A stretch of 64,000 nucleotides of DNA from Myxococcota bacterium (GTDB lineage Bacteria > Myxococcota > XYA12-FULL-58-9 > JABJBS01). The stretch lies in contig JAYZAY010000062.1 of NCBI GenBank assembly GCA_036339465.1, forward strand, positions 1 through 64,000, given 5' to 3'. Under the pieces are notes generated by a model. The model was not told the origin of the DNA. It ran no database searches and saw nothing but the letters and a program-made list of their open reading frames with translations. Positions 38,970-49,462 of this stretch are shown here, one piece after another. A program made the position numbers and the translations under genes. Position 1 is the stretch's first letter. Each line of letters starts with the position of its first letter.

Positions 38970-40388
38970 ATGAATAGAACAAAAATAGTTGCTACGGTTG
39001 GGCCAGCATCGGTAGCCCGGGAAACCCTTCGAGGGATGATGCATGCTGGAATGAACGTTGCGCGCATTAATATGTCGCATATTGATATCGAAGGTGCTCG
39101 GGAAATTATTAAGCGGATCCGGTCATTAAACGATGAATTGGATTTGAATACAGCGGTGTTGGTGGATTTCCAGGGACCGAAGCTTAGACTTTCGACGGTG
39201 GCGCCTGGAACCGTACTTGTCACTGGTGAAACCATAGAACTTACCACAGAAAACGTCGAGGGCAATGCTCACAAAGTGCAGGTTTGTTATGATGCCTTTG
39301 CCCGCGATGTGGCTGTGGGTGAGAGAATCCTTCTGGATGATGGCAAGCTTGAACTTGAAGTACTGGCGACGAATTTTAAGGATCTGGTCACTGCAAAGGT
39401 CATTATGGGTGGGGCTCTGAGTTCTCGAAAAGGTGTCAATGTGCCCGATACTTCCATTTCCATGGCCTCACTTACAGAGAAGGACCACAAGGATTTAGAA
39501 GGCGTTTTGGACTGTGAACCAGAATGGGTAGGACTGTCTTTTGTCCGTCGTGCCGAGGACATTCGCGATCTAAAAGGATTGGTGACGCAGTCGGGGCGGC
39601 TTTCAAAGATTGTGGCGAAAATTGAGAAACCGGAAGCTTTGGCAGTGTTGGACGAGGTGATTGAAGTATCGGATGCGGTGATGATTGCTCGCGGGGACTT
39701 GGGGGTCGAGATCCCCATGGAACAGGTACCCATTGTTCAGAAAGAAATTGCCAGGAAGGCACGAATGGCTTCGAAGCCGGTGATTATTGCGACCCAAATG
39801 ATGGAGAGTATGATCGAGTGCAGTCGTCCCACGCGGGCAGAGGCCAATGATGTTGCGAATTCAGTATTGGATGGTGCGGATGCCCTGATGTTGAGTGGGG
39901 AGACTTCCCTTGGGATGCATCCTATTCAAACGGTGGCAGCCATGTCGAAGATCATCGCGGCGACGGAAAGTTCGGCGGTGGGTTATCTGTCTTCGCCACC
40001 ACAAAAAGGTCGAACCCAAGACCGTTTTATCGCCGATGGCATTTGCTACCACGCTTGTGAGATGGCGGAGAAAATGCAAGCCAAAGCAGTTTTATGCATG
40101 ACGTACAGTGGTTACGCCGGGATTAAAATTTCCAGTTATCGCCCAGATGCCAATATTTTTGTTTTTACACCCAATCGCTCGATCCTTAATATGCTGAGTC
40201 TGGTTTGGGGGATCCAGGCATTCTACTACGATGGATTCGAGAGTACGGACCGCACTGTTGGGGATGTTCAACAAATCTTGAAACGGAAAGGCTTGGTTGA
40301 GTCTGGAGATGTGGTGGTCAACACAGCCAGCATGCCTATCACGAAGAAAGGCCGGACCAACGTTTTGAAAATTGCTCGGGTCGAATAG
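38970..40388 (+). CDS. pyk: Pyruvate kinase
   Basis: RTKIVATVGPAS, DFQGPKLR, AKIEK, MIARGDLGVE, ATQMMESM, MLSGETS; start at ATG 38970. Confidence 0.97.
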   Translation: MNRTKIVATVGPASVARETLRGMMHAGMNVARINMSHIDIEGAREIIKRIRSLNDELDLNTAVLVDFQGPKLRLSTVAPGTVLVTGETIELTTENVEGNAHKVQVCYDAFARDVAVGERILLDDGKLELEVLATNFKDLVTAKVIMGGALSSRKGVNVPDTSISMASLTEKDHKDLEGVLDCEPEWVGLSFVRRAEDIRDLKGLVTQSGRLSKIVAKIEKPEALAVLDEVIEVSDAVMIARGDLGVEIPMEQVPIVQKEIARKARMASKPVIIATQMMESMIECSRPTRAEANDVANSVLDGADALMLSGETSLGMHPIQTVAAMSKIIAATESSAVGYLSSPPQKGRTQDRFIADGICYHACEMAEKMQAKAVLCMTYSGYAGIKISSYRPDANIFVFTPNRSILNMLSLVWGIQAFYYDGFESTDRTVGDVQQILKRKGLVESGDVVVNTASMPITKKGRTNVLKIARVE

Positions 40389-40441
40389 AACATGCCAATT
40401 TTAGATTGGTTTTGTTTCGGGGATCTGGAATACCTTCGGTT

Positions 40442-41203
40442 ATGGACGTGCCTCTTAAGTTGAACAATCCTTGGCTCTATATTCCTAACGTGCGGCCAAA
40501 TGCGAGAATCCGATTGTATTGTTTTCCGTATGCAGGGGGAAGTGGTTCGACTTATCGCAGTTGGGGGGATGCTTTTTCCGAGGAAATTGAAGTTCGCTCG
40601 GTGCAGTATCCAGGCCGTGCATTTCGGTTGGACGAGCGTCCGAAATCGACCATGGATGAATTGATCGACTCCATGGGTGAAGCTCTATATCAAGACCTGA
40701 CAACCGATGACACCTATGTTTTTTTTGGTCATAGTATGGGAGCGTTGGTCGCCTTTGAATTGACTCGCTGGTTAAATCTGCGTGGGTATTCGCAACCCGA
40801 GGCACTTTACCTTTCGGGGGGTGGGGCGCCTCGTCACTCGGTGGAGCGATTTGGTGTGGCTGAAATGACTGACCCGGAATTGATTGCGCTGATTGAGAAG
40901 TTTGGTGGTACGCCCGACGAGGTGCTTCAAAACGAGCGTCTGATGCGATTGGTGTTGCCGATGGTTCGGGCAGATTTTACCCTCTTGGACGGTTATGAGT
41001 TTCGTTGCTCCACCCCAGTAGAAGTACCCATTTTTGCTTTAGGCGGTCTCGAAGACAAGGTGGTTGGTGCTGAGGATCTGCTCAAGTGGAGCGAGCTAAC
41101 AAAGGGTAAAGTTGAAGTTCAGCTGATGAGTGGTGGGCATTTTTATGTGCATTCACCCGAAGAAGAACTGTGGCCTTATCTTCGGATGAAACTCGAGTCC
41201 TAG
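40442..41203 (+). CDS. Type II thioesterase
   Basis: RLYCFPYAGGS, VQYPGR, FFGHSMGA, GGHFY. Confidence 0.93.
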   Translation: MDVPLKLNNPWLYIPNVRPNARIRLYCFPYAGGSGSTYRSWGDAFSEEIEVRSVQYPGRAFRLDERPKSTMDELIDSMGEALYQDLTTDDTYVFFGHSMGALVAFELTRWLNLRGYSQPEALYLSGGGAPRHSVERFGVAEMTDPELIALIEKFGGTPDEVLQNERLMRLVLPMVRADFTLLDGYEFRCSTPVEVPIFALGGLEDKVVGAEDLLKWSELTKGKVEVQLMSGGHFYVHSPEEELWPYLRMKLES

Positions 41204-41205
41204 GT

Positions 41206-43155
41206 CTATTCTCTCTCAAGCTTTGTTTCCAGTTTCTCCCACTCTTCCATGAAGTGCTCCAAACGCCCACTGAGCATTTGTTGTCTCCCATGGAGTTCGA
41301 AGAGTTCGCCCTGATTTTCAGGGGCGTACATGGATGGGTTATTGAGAGTGGCTTCAAGTTCTTCGAGTTCTTTCTCTATTTTTGCAATTTTCTGGGTGGT
41401 TTCTTCGAGTTTCCTTTCTCGTTTTTTGCGCTCTTTTGATGCTTGACGCAGGGCTTCACGGTTTTGTTGCTGATTTGGTTTTGACTTTGACTCTGGCTTT
41501 GAATTTGAATCGGGTTTCGTTTTTGTGATTTTCTTGGGCTCTGGCTTGGCGAAGTTAAGGTGGTCTTCGCCTTGTTGCTCTAAAAAATCATCGTAGTTAC
41601 CGGGGAAAACCAATGCTTGGCCAGGCTTAATTTCGATGATTTTGGTGGCGACTCTAGAGACGAGCCACCGGTTGTGTGACACAAATACAACCGTGCCTTC
41701 GAAGTCACACAAGGCTTGATTAAGGACTTGAATCGATTCTAGGTCTAGGTGGTTGGTTGGCTCATCTAGAATCAAGGTGTTGGGTTTCTGAAGCATAATG
41801 TCGGCGAAGAGAAGTCGCGCCGATTCCCCGCCCGAGAGATGGGAGGTTTTTTTGTGTGCATCATCTTGCTCAAAGAGACAGCGGCCCATCACCGAGCGTA
41901 TTTCGCCGATGGTTAATCCTGGATATTTATGGCTTAGGTATTCGAAAACCGTTCCATCGAAGTGTGCCAATGTTTCATGGGGATCCTGCGCGAAATAGCC
42001 GATATCCACAGACTGCCCCCATTCATAATGACCTCTGTCGATGCTCAATTGAGACATGATGCATTTGAGTAGGGTTGATTTGCCCACACCATTGGGGCCG
42101 ATGAGCCCGACCCGTTCGCCTTTTTGAACCGTAAAATTGACGTTCTCCAGTACGTGGTTTTCGTCAAAGCTTTTATCTAGATTTGCGATTCGAAGTACAT
42201 CTTTTCCAGTCTGCTCTTGGAGCTTGAATTGCAAGTTGGGATATCGTCTGGAGCTACCTTGAATGGGTTCTAAAACGATGCGGTCGAGCATTTTCTTTTT
42301 GCTTTGGGCTTGTCGGGCTTTGGAAGCTTGGGCCTTAAATCTTTGAATAAAGGCTTGTTGTTTTTCGATTTCTTTTTGGCGTTTGTTCATTTCCTTTTCT
42401 TTGAGCGCCAAGACGGATTGCTTTTGGGAAATGAAGTGGTCGTAATTTCCAGGGTAAACCTGAATGGTGTTGTAGTCAAAGTCCAAAATATGGGTGCATA
42501 TTTGGTTTAGGAACCGTTGGTCGTGGGAGACGGTAATCACGATTCCCTTAAAATTGATCAGGAATTGTTCTAGCCAAGCGATCGATACGATATCTAAGTG
42601 GTTATTGGGTTCGTCGAGAAGGAGAATGTTGGGGTTGCCTATGAGGGATTGTGCCAAAAGAACCCGCATCTTAAATCCGCCCGAGAGAGTGCTCAGAGGC
42701 TGCTCATGGAGTTCGGTGGCGATTCCCAATCCCGCAAGGATTTCGGCCGAGCGCGCAGGGATGCTATAGCCATCGGACTGCAGGAGGACTCCATCTATTT
42801 CACTGAGCCGGGCGGAGTCGAAGTCGCCGCTCTCGGCATCGACGAGGATTTTTTCTCGTTCGCTCCACAGGGGAAAGACAATTTCATCCCCCATCATGGC
42901 AACTTCAATGATGGGTTGGTGATCCGACTGAAAGTGGTCTTGCTGGATGAATCCGAGCCGAATACCTGGATTGACGCGGTATGAGCCTTTGGTGGGTTCT
43001 TCGGTGCCGGTGAGAATGCTTAAGAGTGTCGATTTTCCTGAGCCATTGGCGCCCACAATTCCGTAGCGATGCCCTGGTTGGAATTGATAAGAAACATCCT
43101 TGAAAAGAGTTCTTCCCCCAAAGGATTTTTCGAGATTTGAAACAACGATGCTCAT
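41206..43155 (-). CDS. ABC-F family ATPase
   Basis: Two ABC domains (GANGSGKST, GPNGVGKST), LDEPNNHLD and LDEPTNHLD, no TM, C-terminal coiled coil. Confidence 0.95.
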   Translation of the reverse strand: MSIVVSNLEKSFGGRTLFKDVSYQFQPGHRYGIVGANGSGKSTLLSILTGTEEPTKGSYRVNPGIRLGFIQQDHFQSDHQPIIEVAMMGDEIVFPLWSEREKILVDAESGDFDSARLSEIDGVLLQSDGYSIPARSAEILAGLGIATELHEQPLSTLSGGFKMRVLLAQSLIGNPNILLLDEPNNHLDIVSIAWLEQFLINFKGIVITVSHDQRFLNQICTHILDFDYNTIQVYPGNYDHFISQKQSVLALKEKEMNKRQKEIEKQQAFIQRFKAQASKARQAQSKKKMLDRIVLEPIQGSSRRYPNLQFKLQEQTGKDVLRIANLDKSFDENHVLENVNFTVQKGERVGLIGPNGVGKSTLLKCIMSQLSIDRGHYEWGQSVDIGYFAQDPHETLAHFDGTVFEYLSHKYPGLTIGEIRSVMGRCLFEQDDAHKKTSHLSGGESARLLFADIMLQKPNTLILDEPTNHLDLESIQVLNQALCDFEGTVVFVSHNRWLVSRVATKIIEIKPGQALVFPGNYDDFLEQQGEDHLNFAKPEPKKITKTKPDSNSKPESKSKPNQQQNREALRQASKERKKRERKLEETTQKIAKIEKELEELEATLNNPSMYAPENQGELFELHGRQQMLSGRLEHFMEEWEKLETKLERE

Positions 43156-43399
43156 GCTTACTTAGTCTCTGTTGGTCTTGTTGAAGATCGACGAACGACC
43201 TATTAATATGGACCGGTTCCATGGCCTAAACCACGAAAAGGTGCAAGACTCTGGGCGGGAACGACGAAGTGTTTTTGGGCGATTGAATTTGTTTTGAACG
43301 TTGCATGATTTGTTGGAACCCCGTAGAGGCATCTTTCAAATCGGTTTATGTGTCTCAGGGGTTACCGTATGGTGATTATTTCGCGGATCGGAGGTTAGG

Positions 43400-44038
43400 G
43401 TGGGTATTTTTCAGACCGATTCCTATGATACTGCCGCCCGGGATTTGATTGAAATCGGCCGTTTCTTTCACGGTTTTGGCTGGGCTGCGGCAACGAGTGG
43501 CAACTATTCAATTCGCATTGCCGATGACCAGGTGGTGATGACCGTTTCCGGTTGCCACAAAGGCGAATTAACGCCAAAAGATTTTTTGGTTGTAGATCTC
43601 GATGGAAGGCCCTTGGCGGTTTGGCGTGATGAGGACACAAGTTCTGCAGAGGCGCGACTCCATTTGCAGGTGTATCAAAACAAGCCCCAGGTCTGCTCGG
43701 TCCTCCATTGTCACACGGTCGCAAGTACGGCGATTTCACGACTCCATGATCATAGTCTGGAATTGGCTGATTACGAGGTCTTTAAGGCTTTCCCACAATT
43801 CAAAACCCATGAGCACGATATTTCGATTCCCATTGTGGGCAATAGCCAGGATATGGATATTTTGTCTCAGGTCGTGAGTGAGCGTTGGAAAGAAATCGAT
43901 GCGGTAAGTTCCTATTTGATCCGAGGTCACGGGTTATATACGTGGGGAGATTCTCCAATGGGTGCACGCAATCAGGTTGAAGCGCTAGATTTTCTATTTC
44001 AGAGTTGGTTATTGGAAAAACGGAGCAGAAGGAAATGA
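43400..44038 (+). CDS. mtnB: Methylthioribulose-1-phosphate dehydratase
   Basis: GWAAATSGNYS, SAEARLH, VLHCH, YLIRGHGLYTWG; adjacent mtnD and mtnC. Confidence 0.93.
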   Translation: MGIFQTDSYDTAARDLIEIGRFFHGFGWAAATSGNYSIRIADDQVVMTVSGCHKGELTPKDFLVVDLDGRPLAVWRDEDTSSAEARLHLQVYQNKPQVCSVLHCHTVASTAISRLHDHSLELADYEVFKAFPQFKTHEHDISIPIVGNSQDMDILSQVVSERWKEIDAVSSYLIRGHGLYTWGDSPMGARNQVEALDFLFQSWLLEKRSRRK

Positions 44039-44577
44039 CGTGTTTAAAGGTTTGGGAGCATCCTAGTGTTAGGTTGAAAGAGGAAACCACCGACTCCGAA
44101 GAAATTCAAAAAATACTGAGTGGTTATGGTGTCCGGTTTGAGCGGTGGGAAGCCTCCGCCTCTCTTGCCGATGATGCGACCCAAGATGATATATTGGCGG
44201 CCTACGCTCAGAGCGTGAAACGTCTGAAATCTGAGTCGGGTTTTCAATCGGCCGATGTGGTGAGCTTGACACCCGACCACCCAGACAAAGTTGCATTCCG
44301 GGAGAAATTTCTGAGTGAACATATTCATTCCGATGATGAGATTAGGTTTTTTGTGGATGGTAAGGGACTATTTTGTATGCACTTTGACAATCAAGTTGTC
44401 ACAGTATTGTGTGAAGGTGGCGATTTGATCAGTGTGCCTGCGAATATCAAGCATTGGTTTGACATGGGACCGGAACCGTTTTTTAAGTGCATTCGATTGT
44501 TTACAACTCCTGAAGGTTGGGTCGCTGATTTTACCGGTGATTCAATTGCAGATTCTTACCCAAAGCTTGGATCATGA
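44035..44577 (+). CDS. mtnD: Acireductone dioxygenase
   Basis: GVRFERW, FLSEHIHSDDEIRFFVDG, GDLISVPANIKHWFDMG. Confidence 0.95.
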   Translation: MTCLKVWEHPSVRLKEETTDSEEIQKILSGYGVRFERWEASASLADDATQDDILAAYAQSVKRLKSESGFQSADVVSLTPDHPDKVAFREKFLSEHIHSDDEIRFFVDGKGLFCMHFDNQVVTVLCEGGDLISVPANIKHWFDMGPEPFFKCIRLFTTPEGWVADFTGDSIADSYPKLGS

Positions 44578-45251
44578 ACGTTTCTGGCATTGTGACAGAT
44601 ATTGAGGGAACGACGACCTCCATTTCCTTTGTTTACGACATCCTTTTTCCTTATGCACGTAGGCACCTGTCGGATTTTGTAATGGCCCACCATGGGCGTG
44701 AAGCGGTGGCAAAGGTATTGGAGGAGATTCAAGAAATTTCAGGTGCTTCGGAGCCGAAAGCCGCAGTCGATGTTTTACTCGGGTGGATGGATGCCGATCA
44801 AAAGGTGACCCCATTAAAGTCTCTCCAAGGTATGATTTGGCGAGATGCTTATGAGTCGGGCCAAATCAAGGGGCATGTTTATGAGGATGCTTATAAGGAG
44901 CTTAGGTCGTGGCGCGATGGCGGTAAGTTTCTCGCGGTCTATTCTTCAGGTTCTGTTGCGGCCCAGAAACTTCTTTTTGGCTACAGTGACTTTGGAGATA
45001 TGAGACCTCTTTTTCGTGATTATTTTGACACGACCACAGGTCCCAAGAGAGAAGCTCAATCCTATGGAAAAATTGCTACCGCTTTGGGGGAGGATGCGGG
45101 TTCGTTACTCTTTCTTTCCGACGTTGAGGCAGAGCTTGATGCTGCATTTGAGGCAGGATTTCAGGTGGTCCAATTGATTCGTGAAACCTCAATGACCCCA
45201 AGTGCAAAGTACCGTTGGGTGCGTTCTTTTTCCGAGATTGAATTACCCTAA
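44574..45251 (+). CDS. mtnC: Enolase-phosphatase E1 (acireductone synthase)
   Basis: TDIEGTTTSISFV, LKSLQGMIW, YSSGSVAAQKLLF, LFLSD. Confidence 0.95.
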   Translation: MNVSGIVTDIEGTTTSISFVYDILFPYARRHLSDFVMAHHGREAVAKVLEEIQEISGASEPKAAVDVLLGWMDADQKVTPLKSLQGMIWRDAYESGQIKGHVYEDAYKELRSWRDGGKFLAVYSSGSVAAQKLLFGYSDFGDMRPLFRDYFDTTTGPKREAQSYGKIATALGEDAGSLLFLSDVEAELDAAFEAGFQVVQLIRETSMTPSAKYRWVRSFSEIELP

Positions 45252-45263
45252 CAAGGGATGTGC

Positions 45264-46022
45264 TTAAGGAATGAGTTGACTGAAAGCGCTCGCAATTTCT
45301 TGAGTGGTTGGATGGAATTTAATGCTCAAAGCCAGGCATATCTGAGAACCAAAATAGAGGGGAGATCCCCATAGCTTGTTTCCAAAGCCAGCGTTGGCGA
45401 AACGGTTTCGAGCCACAGAAATATCGGATAAAAGAAAACCAACCGTGCCGACACCGATCAGCACATTGCGGCTCGAAACACTGGTGCCGATTCCCAGGCT
45501 TACCATGAGACAAATCGCAACCAAATAGGCCATCACGGGGATCTTTAGGTTTTTGTCAATTTGGGACCACAGGCCGCTAACGATATGGTAGCCAAGGCTA
45601 AGGAGGGCCACGAAGCAGAGAAGGCTGGCCAATACATTGGGCTTTCGGTAAAAGAATGCATAGCTATAGACGACATGTGCAAAGAGGAACGCAAAGATCC
45701 CCAGAAAGAAGGCGAATTTATTTTTGGGGATTAAGAGCACATCTCCGAGCCAAGATAAAATAAGTCCGATAATGATCCATGTCCCATAAAACGAATGGAC
45801 GTTGGTGCATAGAAACCCCAGTGCTACAAATCCGGTGGCTGCAAGGGGTTTAAACAGCCATTTTCTGGATTGGTTGTTGTCGTATTCAGCCTTAAGGAGC
45901 AGGGCCACAGAGAGCATGGTGGTTATGACGAGGAAGAGAATCCAACCGTTTTCCTGGCCTATATTTTCAAGCGACACTTTGCTTCCTTTGGGTAAATGTT
46001 CGGCGGTGCTCTTCAATGGCAA
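45264..46022 (-). CDS. YhhN/lysoplasmalogenase family membrane protein
   Basis: FKPLA, SWLGDVLL, FLFAHVVY, FLLSDISVA, LYFGSQ; start uncertain. Confidence 0.88.
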   Translation of the reverse strand: MPLKSTAEHLPKGSKVSLENIGQENGWILFLVITTMLSVALLLKAEYDNNQSRKWLFKPLAATGFVALGFLCTNVHSFYGTWIIIGLILSWLGDVLLIPKNKFAFFLGIFAFLFAHVVYSYAFFYRKPNVLASLLCFVALLSLGYHIVSGLWSQIDKNLKIPVMAYLVAICLMVSLGIGTSVSSRNVLIGVGTVGFLLSDISVARNRFANAGFGNKLWGSPLYFGSQICLALSIKFHPTTQEIASAFSQLIP

Positions 46023-46917
46023 CTTGGATGGTGGTTTTATGGATTTCTACGATATCGTCAATGGATTTGGCATAACCTCCCGACATGGTCAGTGCAAGGG
46101 GCAGTTGTCGGGCGAAACACCAGTTAAAAACTTTTTCATCTCGTTTGCGCAAACCATTTTTGGACAGTTTGAGGTGTCCAAATTGGTCGTATTCATACGG
46201 GTCAGCTCCGGCGAGGTAAAAGACGAAATCCATCTGGAATCTGCTTTCAATGATGGCCAAGCTTTCTTCCAGAGCTTGGAGATAGGGTTCGTCTGTGGTG
46301 TTGGAGGGGAGGGGAAAGTCTAAATCGCTCTCTTCTTTATGATAAGGGAAGTTATCGTTGCCGTGGATCGAGAATGAAAAGATGGAGTCATCCCCCTGAG
46401 TGAGTTCCGCGGTTCCATTGCCTTGATGGACATCAAGATCGATGATGAGAATGTTCTTGATTGCGAATTTTGCTTGAATCACTTTCGCCGCAACCATCAC
46501 ATCGTTGAACACACAAAAACCTTCTCCGCGATCCGCAAAGGCATGATGCGTTCCCCCAGCGAGGTTTATACTGAGTCCGTCTTCAATGGCTGTGGTAGCA
46601 GCTTCAATGGTTGCTCCCACAGACCGCCGAGAACGTTCGACCATTTCAGGAGACCAAGGGAATCCGATGCGCCGCATTTCTCGAGGCGTTAGTGTTCCGT
46701 GAATCACACGTTGAACGTAGTCATGGGTATGAACTTTTTGTAGGTCTTCATCGCTCGCTGCTTGGGGGATAAAGAATTGGTGGTCGGGTAGAATTCTTTG
46801 GGCTAGAAGTGCTTGCCTGAGCCGGAGGTATTTTTCCATTGGGAACTTATGTTCTTTGGGTAGGGGTAGAACAAAGTTGTCGGTGTAATAAGCTTTGACC
46901 AAAGGTTTCTCTATCAT
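45967..46917 (-). CDS. Zn-dependent histone deacetylase family protein (HDAC11/class IV-like)
   Basis: HKFPMEKY, NLAGGTHHA, GFCVFND, DLDVHQGNGT, GADP...D, GGY. Confidence 0.95.
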   Translation of the reverse strand: MIEKPLVKAYYTDNFVLPLPKEHKFPMEKYLRLRQALLAQRILPDHQFFIPQAASDEDLQKVHTHDYVQRVIHGTLTPREMRRIGFPWSPEMVERSRRSVGATIEAATTAIEDGLSINLAGGTHHAFADRGEGFCVFNDVMVAAKVIQAKFAIKNILIIDLDVHQGNGTAELTQGDDSIFSFSIHGNDNFPYHKEESDLDFPLPSNTTDEPYLQALEESLAIIESRFQMDFVFYLAGADPYEYDQFGHLKLSKNGLRKRDEKVFNWCFARQLPLALTMSGGYAKSIDDIVEIHKTTIQVAIEEHRRTFTQRKQSVA

Positions 46918-47121
46918 GGTTTGCTCTTCTAATTATTTTGCATGGGGATTAGCCCGAAATAGGGACTATGGTCTACTATATGAGGGTTTAGTTTGAAAAT
47001 AGGGTTTAATTCAAGGTGGAAACGATTGCTCCTCATGGCAAGATCTGAGAAAAGAAATCAATTGAATCAGCAGGATGAAGGAAACGGAAGACACAAGCGA
47101 CTAAGTTGCGCAAGCTAGGAG

Positions 47122-48060
47122 ATGCAAATGGCTTTGGATGAGGGCACTCGCCAAGAGATTATCAATACTATCGGTACCGATAATGTGGTTTTGTTTATGA
47201 AGGGGTCGAAAGGGATGCCTCAATGTGGATTTTCTGCCACGGTGGTACAGATCCTCAATGAATTGGTCGAGGACTACGCCACGGTGGATGTCCTTTCGGA
47301 TCCGGCTCTTCGCGAGGGGATCAAGGCCTATTCAAATTGGCCGACCATTCCACAACTCTATATTAAAGGTGAGTTCATTGGTGGTTGTGACATCGTTAAA
47401 CAGATGTATGAGTCTGGAGACCTAGAAGGAAAACTCGATGTTGTATTGGAGCCGGTTGAGCCACCCTCAATCACGGTGACGGATGCTGGTGCGAAAGCCT
47501 TGAATGACGCCATAGAGGCAAACCCCGACGGGCCTTCCTCTTTTCATTTGGTCGTAAACGAACATTTTGAACCGGGTTTACAGTTTGGTCCTGAATCGGC
47601 ACGAAAGCTCAAAGTGGAAGCAAATGGGGTGACGTTCTTCATTGATCGATCCAGTGCGCCAAGAGCAGAGGGTATTACGATTGATTTTATGGAGGGTGCC
47701 GACGGTAGTGGCTTTAAGATAGAGAACCCTAATGCCCCGAAGCCTGTTGAACAGCTGAGTGTTGGGGAAATCAAGGCGAAACTCGATGCAAAAGAGTCTT
47801 TTGTTTTTATTGATGTTAGAGGGGAAGATGAACGATTGACTGCTACCATTTCGGGAACCCAACTCTTAGACGATGGGTTTCGAGAAGAGCTCACCAAGAT
47901 GGACCGTGATACCTATCTCGTTTTTCATTGCCACCATGGTGGTCGTAGTCAACAAGCGGCTGACCATTATCGCAACGAGGGTTTTTCACGTGTTGCCAAC
48001 ATGGTGGGGGGAATTGACGCATGGTCTCTAGAGATAGATTCGGATATTCCACGCTACTAA
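47122..48060 (+). CDS. grxD: Monothiol glutaredoxin (CGFS) fused to HesB/IscA-like and rhodanese domains
   Basis: PQCGFS, WPTIPQLY, GGCDI; middle ITVTD...IDFMEG..GSGFKIENPNAP; C-terminal DVR, HCHHGGRS, GGIDAWS. Confidence 0.9.
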   Translation: MQMALDEGTRQEIINTIGTDNVVLFMKGSKGMPQCGFSATVVQILNELVEDYATVDVLSDPALREGIKAYSNWPTIPQLYIKGEFIGGCDIVKQMYESGDLEGKLDVVLEPVEPPSITVTDAGAKALNDAIEANPDGPSSFHLVVNEHFEPGLQFGPESARKLKVEANGVTFFIDRSSAPRAEGITIDFMEGADGSGFKIENPNAPKPVEQLSVGEIKAKLDAKESFVFIDVRGEDERLTATISGTQLLDDGFREELTKMDRDTYLVFHCHHGGRSQQAADHYRNEGFSRVANMVGGIDAWSLEIDSDIPRY

Positions 48061-49152
48061 TACGTGCTCCATAGACATTGACACTTACTTCGCTTCCTAG
48101 CTTCTTTACTCCGGCCTTTACCTTTGTGCTGGTTGAGCTCCAAGCTCAAGCTACTTGCCTGCTCGTTTCCGTTAGGTCTGAGGTCTTCGGCGCGACCTAT
48201 GCCGCCATCCCCCCCCCCCTGAATGGGAGACCGTATTCAATGACTCTCGTGGTTGGTTTGGTCGGGCGAATCAGAACGCCATGGACCTGAGGGTGTAGAG
48301 GTTTACCAATTGTATGAAGAATTTTCTCAGTGCTCTCCTCTGGCTGAAGCACGGGGCATTTAGAATGGTGCTCTTTCGTGCGTTGCTTACTCTTGTCATA
48401 CTTTTGAGGGAACTTGGTTTCTACACCCTCCCACACTGATGCCACCTATCCTTATTTTGGCGTCGGATTTACCTTCTTTAGCCCACAATCGTTTTGCGTA
48501 CGGTAATGGGAAAAACCATTGTGGAATATGCACCGCATCTTTCGGGCTTCCGAGGGTCTGGCATGGTGGCAGAGAAGCATTGTCGACCAATATTGTATAA
48601 CCCCGTTGTTGGCGGTACTCCGGTTGCGTTGATATGCGCATTGCAGGGCACAGGTGTTTTGCATGGCAAGGGTATTGACGTAAATCGAGCGATGAGAACC
48701 TCGCTCTTCACTTTGGGGATATTCAAGATACTCTCTAGCATCTGGGTGGCAAAAGACCTCTTCGGATTTTTTCATTGGGATCTGCACAACTGCTTTGTTG
48801 ATGTCGACCGATGGATTGGCAATGGGAACTGTTTGTGTTTTTTTAGTGGGCGTCGGCAAGTTGCTCTTTCGGTATTCAAAGTGCAACAGCAGGAATACAC
48901 GTCAGATTTGGCCAAAAACGAACTTTTTATTGATAAAACATAGAAAAATGACCCTTCAATGTCAGTTGAAGTCCATTCTCTTCTTTCCTCTGAATTGTCT
49001 CATGGTTTAAAAGGGCTTGATTATGTGGATAGCGTATTTCTGTGGTGTCTGCGTTGCGAAGCAATAATGCGTCGTACGTTGATGGCATGTTGAGTGGAAT
49101 CGTTATTTGCTCACCCATTACAACGTGACGATGATTAACTCGGAGGAAGAAA

Positions 49153-49437
49153 ATGGCCGCAAAGAAAGCAGCATCTAAGAAAGCAGCACCTAAGAAAGCA
49201 GCACCTAAGAAAGCAGCGCCTAAGAAAAAGCCAGCAGCTAAGAAAAAACCAGCAGTTCAGGACATGGTTCTTGTTGTAAGTAAGACCAAGGACGCACTTA
49301 AGGCGAGTGGCTGTAATGTTGCGGGCGATGCTCTTGATGGGTTGAATGCGCTCGTGCACCAGCACATTGCACAAGCGGCCAAGCGAGCTGAAGCCAATGG
49401 TCGTAAGACCATTCGTGCTCACGATTTCGTTGCCTAA
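49153..49437 (+). CDS. Bacterial histone-fold protein with Lys/Ala/Pro-rich N-terminal tail
   Basis: GGAGG RBS; core VLVVSKTKDALK...GDALDGLN...AAKRAEANGRKTIRAHDF (RxTxxxxD); own terminator. Confidence 0.92.
   Translation: MAAKKAASKKAAPKKAAPKKAAPKKKPAAKKKPAVQDMVLVVSKTKDALKASGCNVAGDALDGLNALVHQHIAQAAKRAEANGRKTIRAHDFVA
49162..49227 (+). repeat. 15-bp coding repeat (KKAA[S/P])x4 in the histone tail
   Basis: AAGAAAGCAGCA(T/C)CT-type units, one with GCG. Confidence 0.9.
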
Positions 49438-49462
49438 TAGGTTTCGAAATAGTGTTATCGGT

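Noticed and set aside
43400..45251. mtnB-mtnD-mtnC as a novel system
   Set aside because: Standard methionine salvage operon
48078..49118. ORFs (e.g. 48452..48886) or an ncRNA upstream of the histone
   Set aside because: No recognisable motif, RBS or RNA-family signature; left unassigned pending BLASTx and covariance-model search
49135..49422. Cys-rich (RCCFL)n ORF
   Set aside because: Antisense shadow of the histone tail repeat
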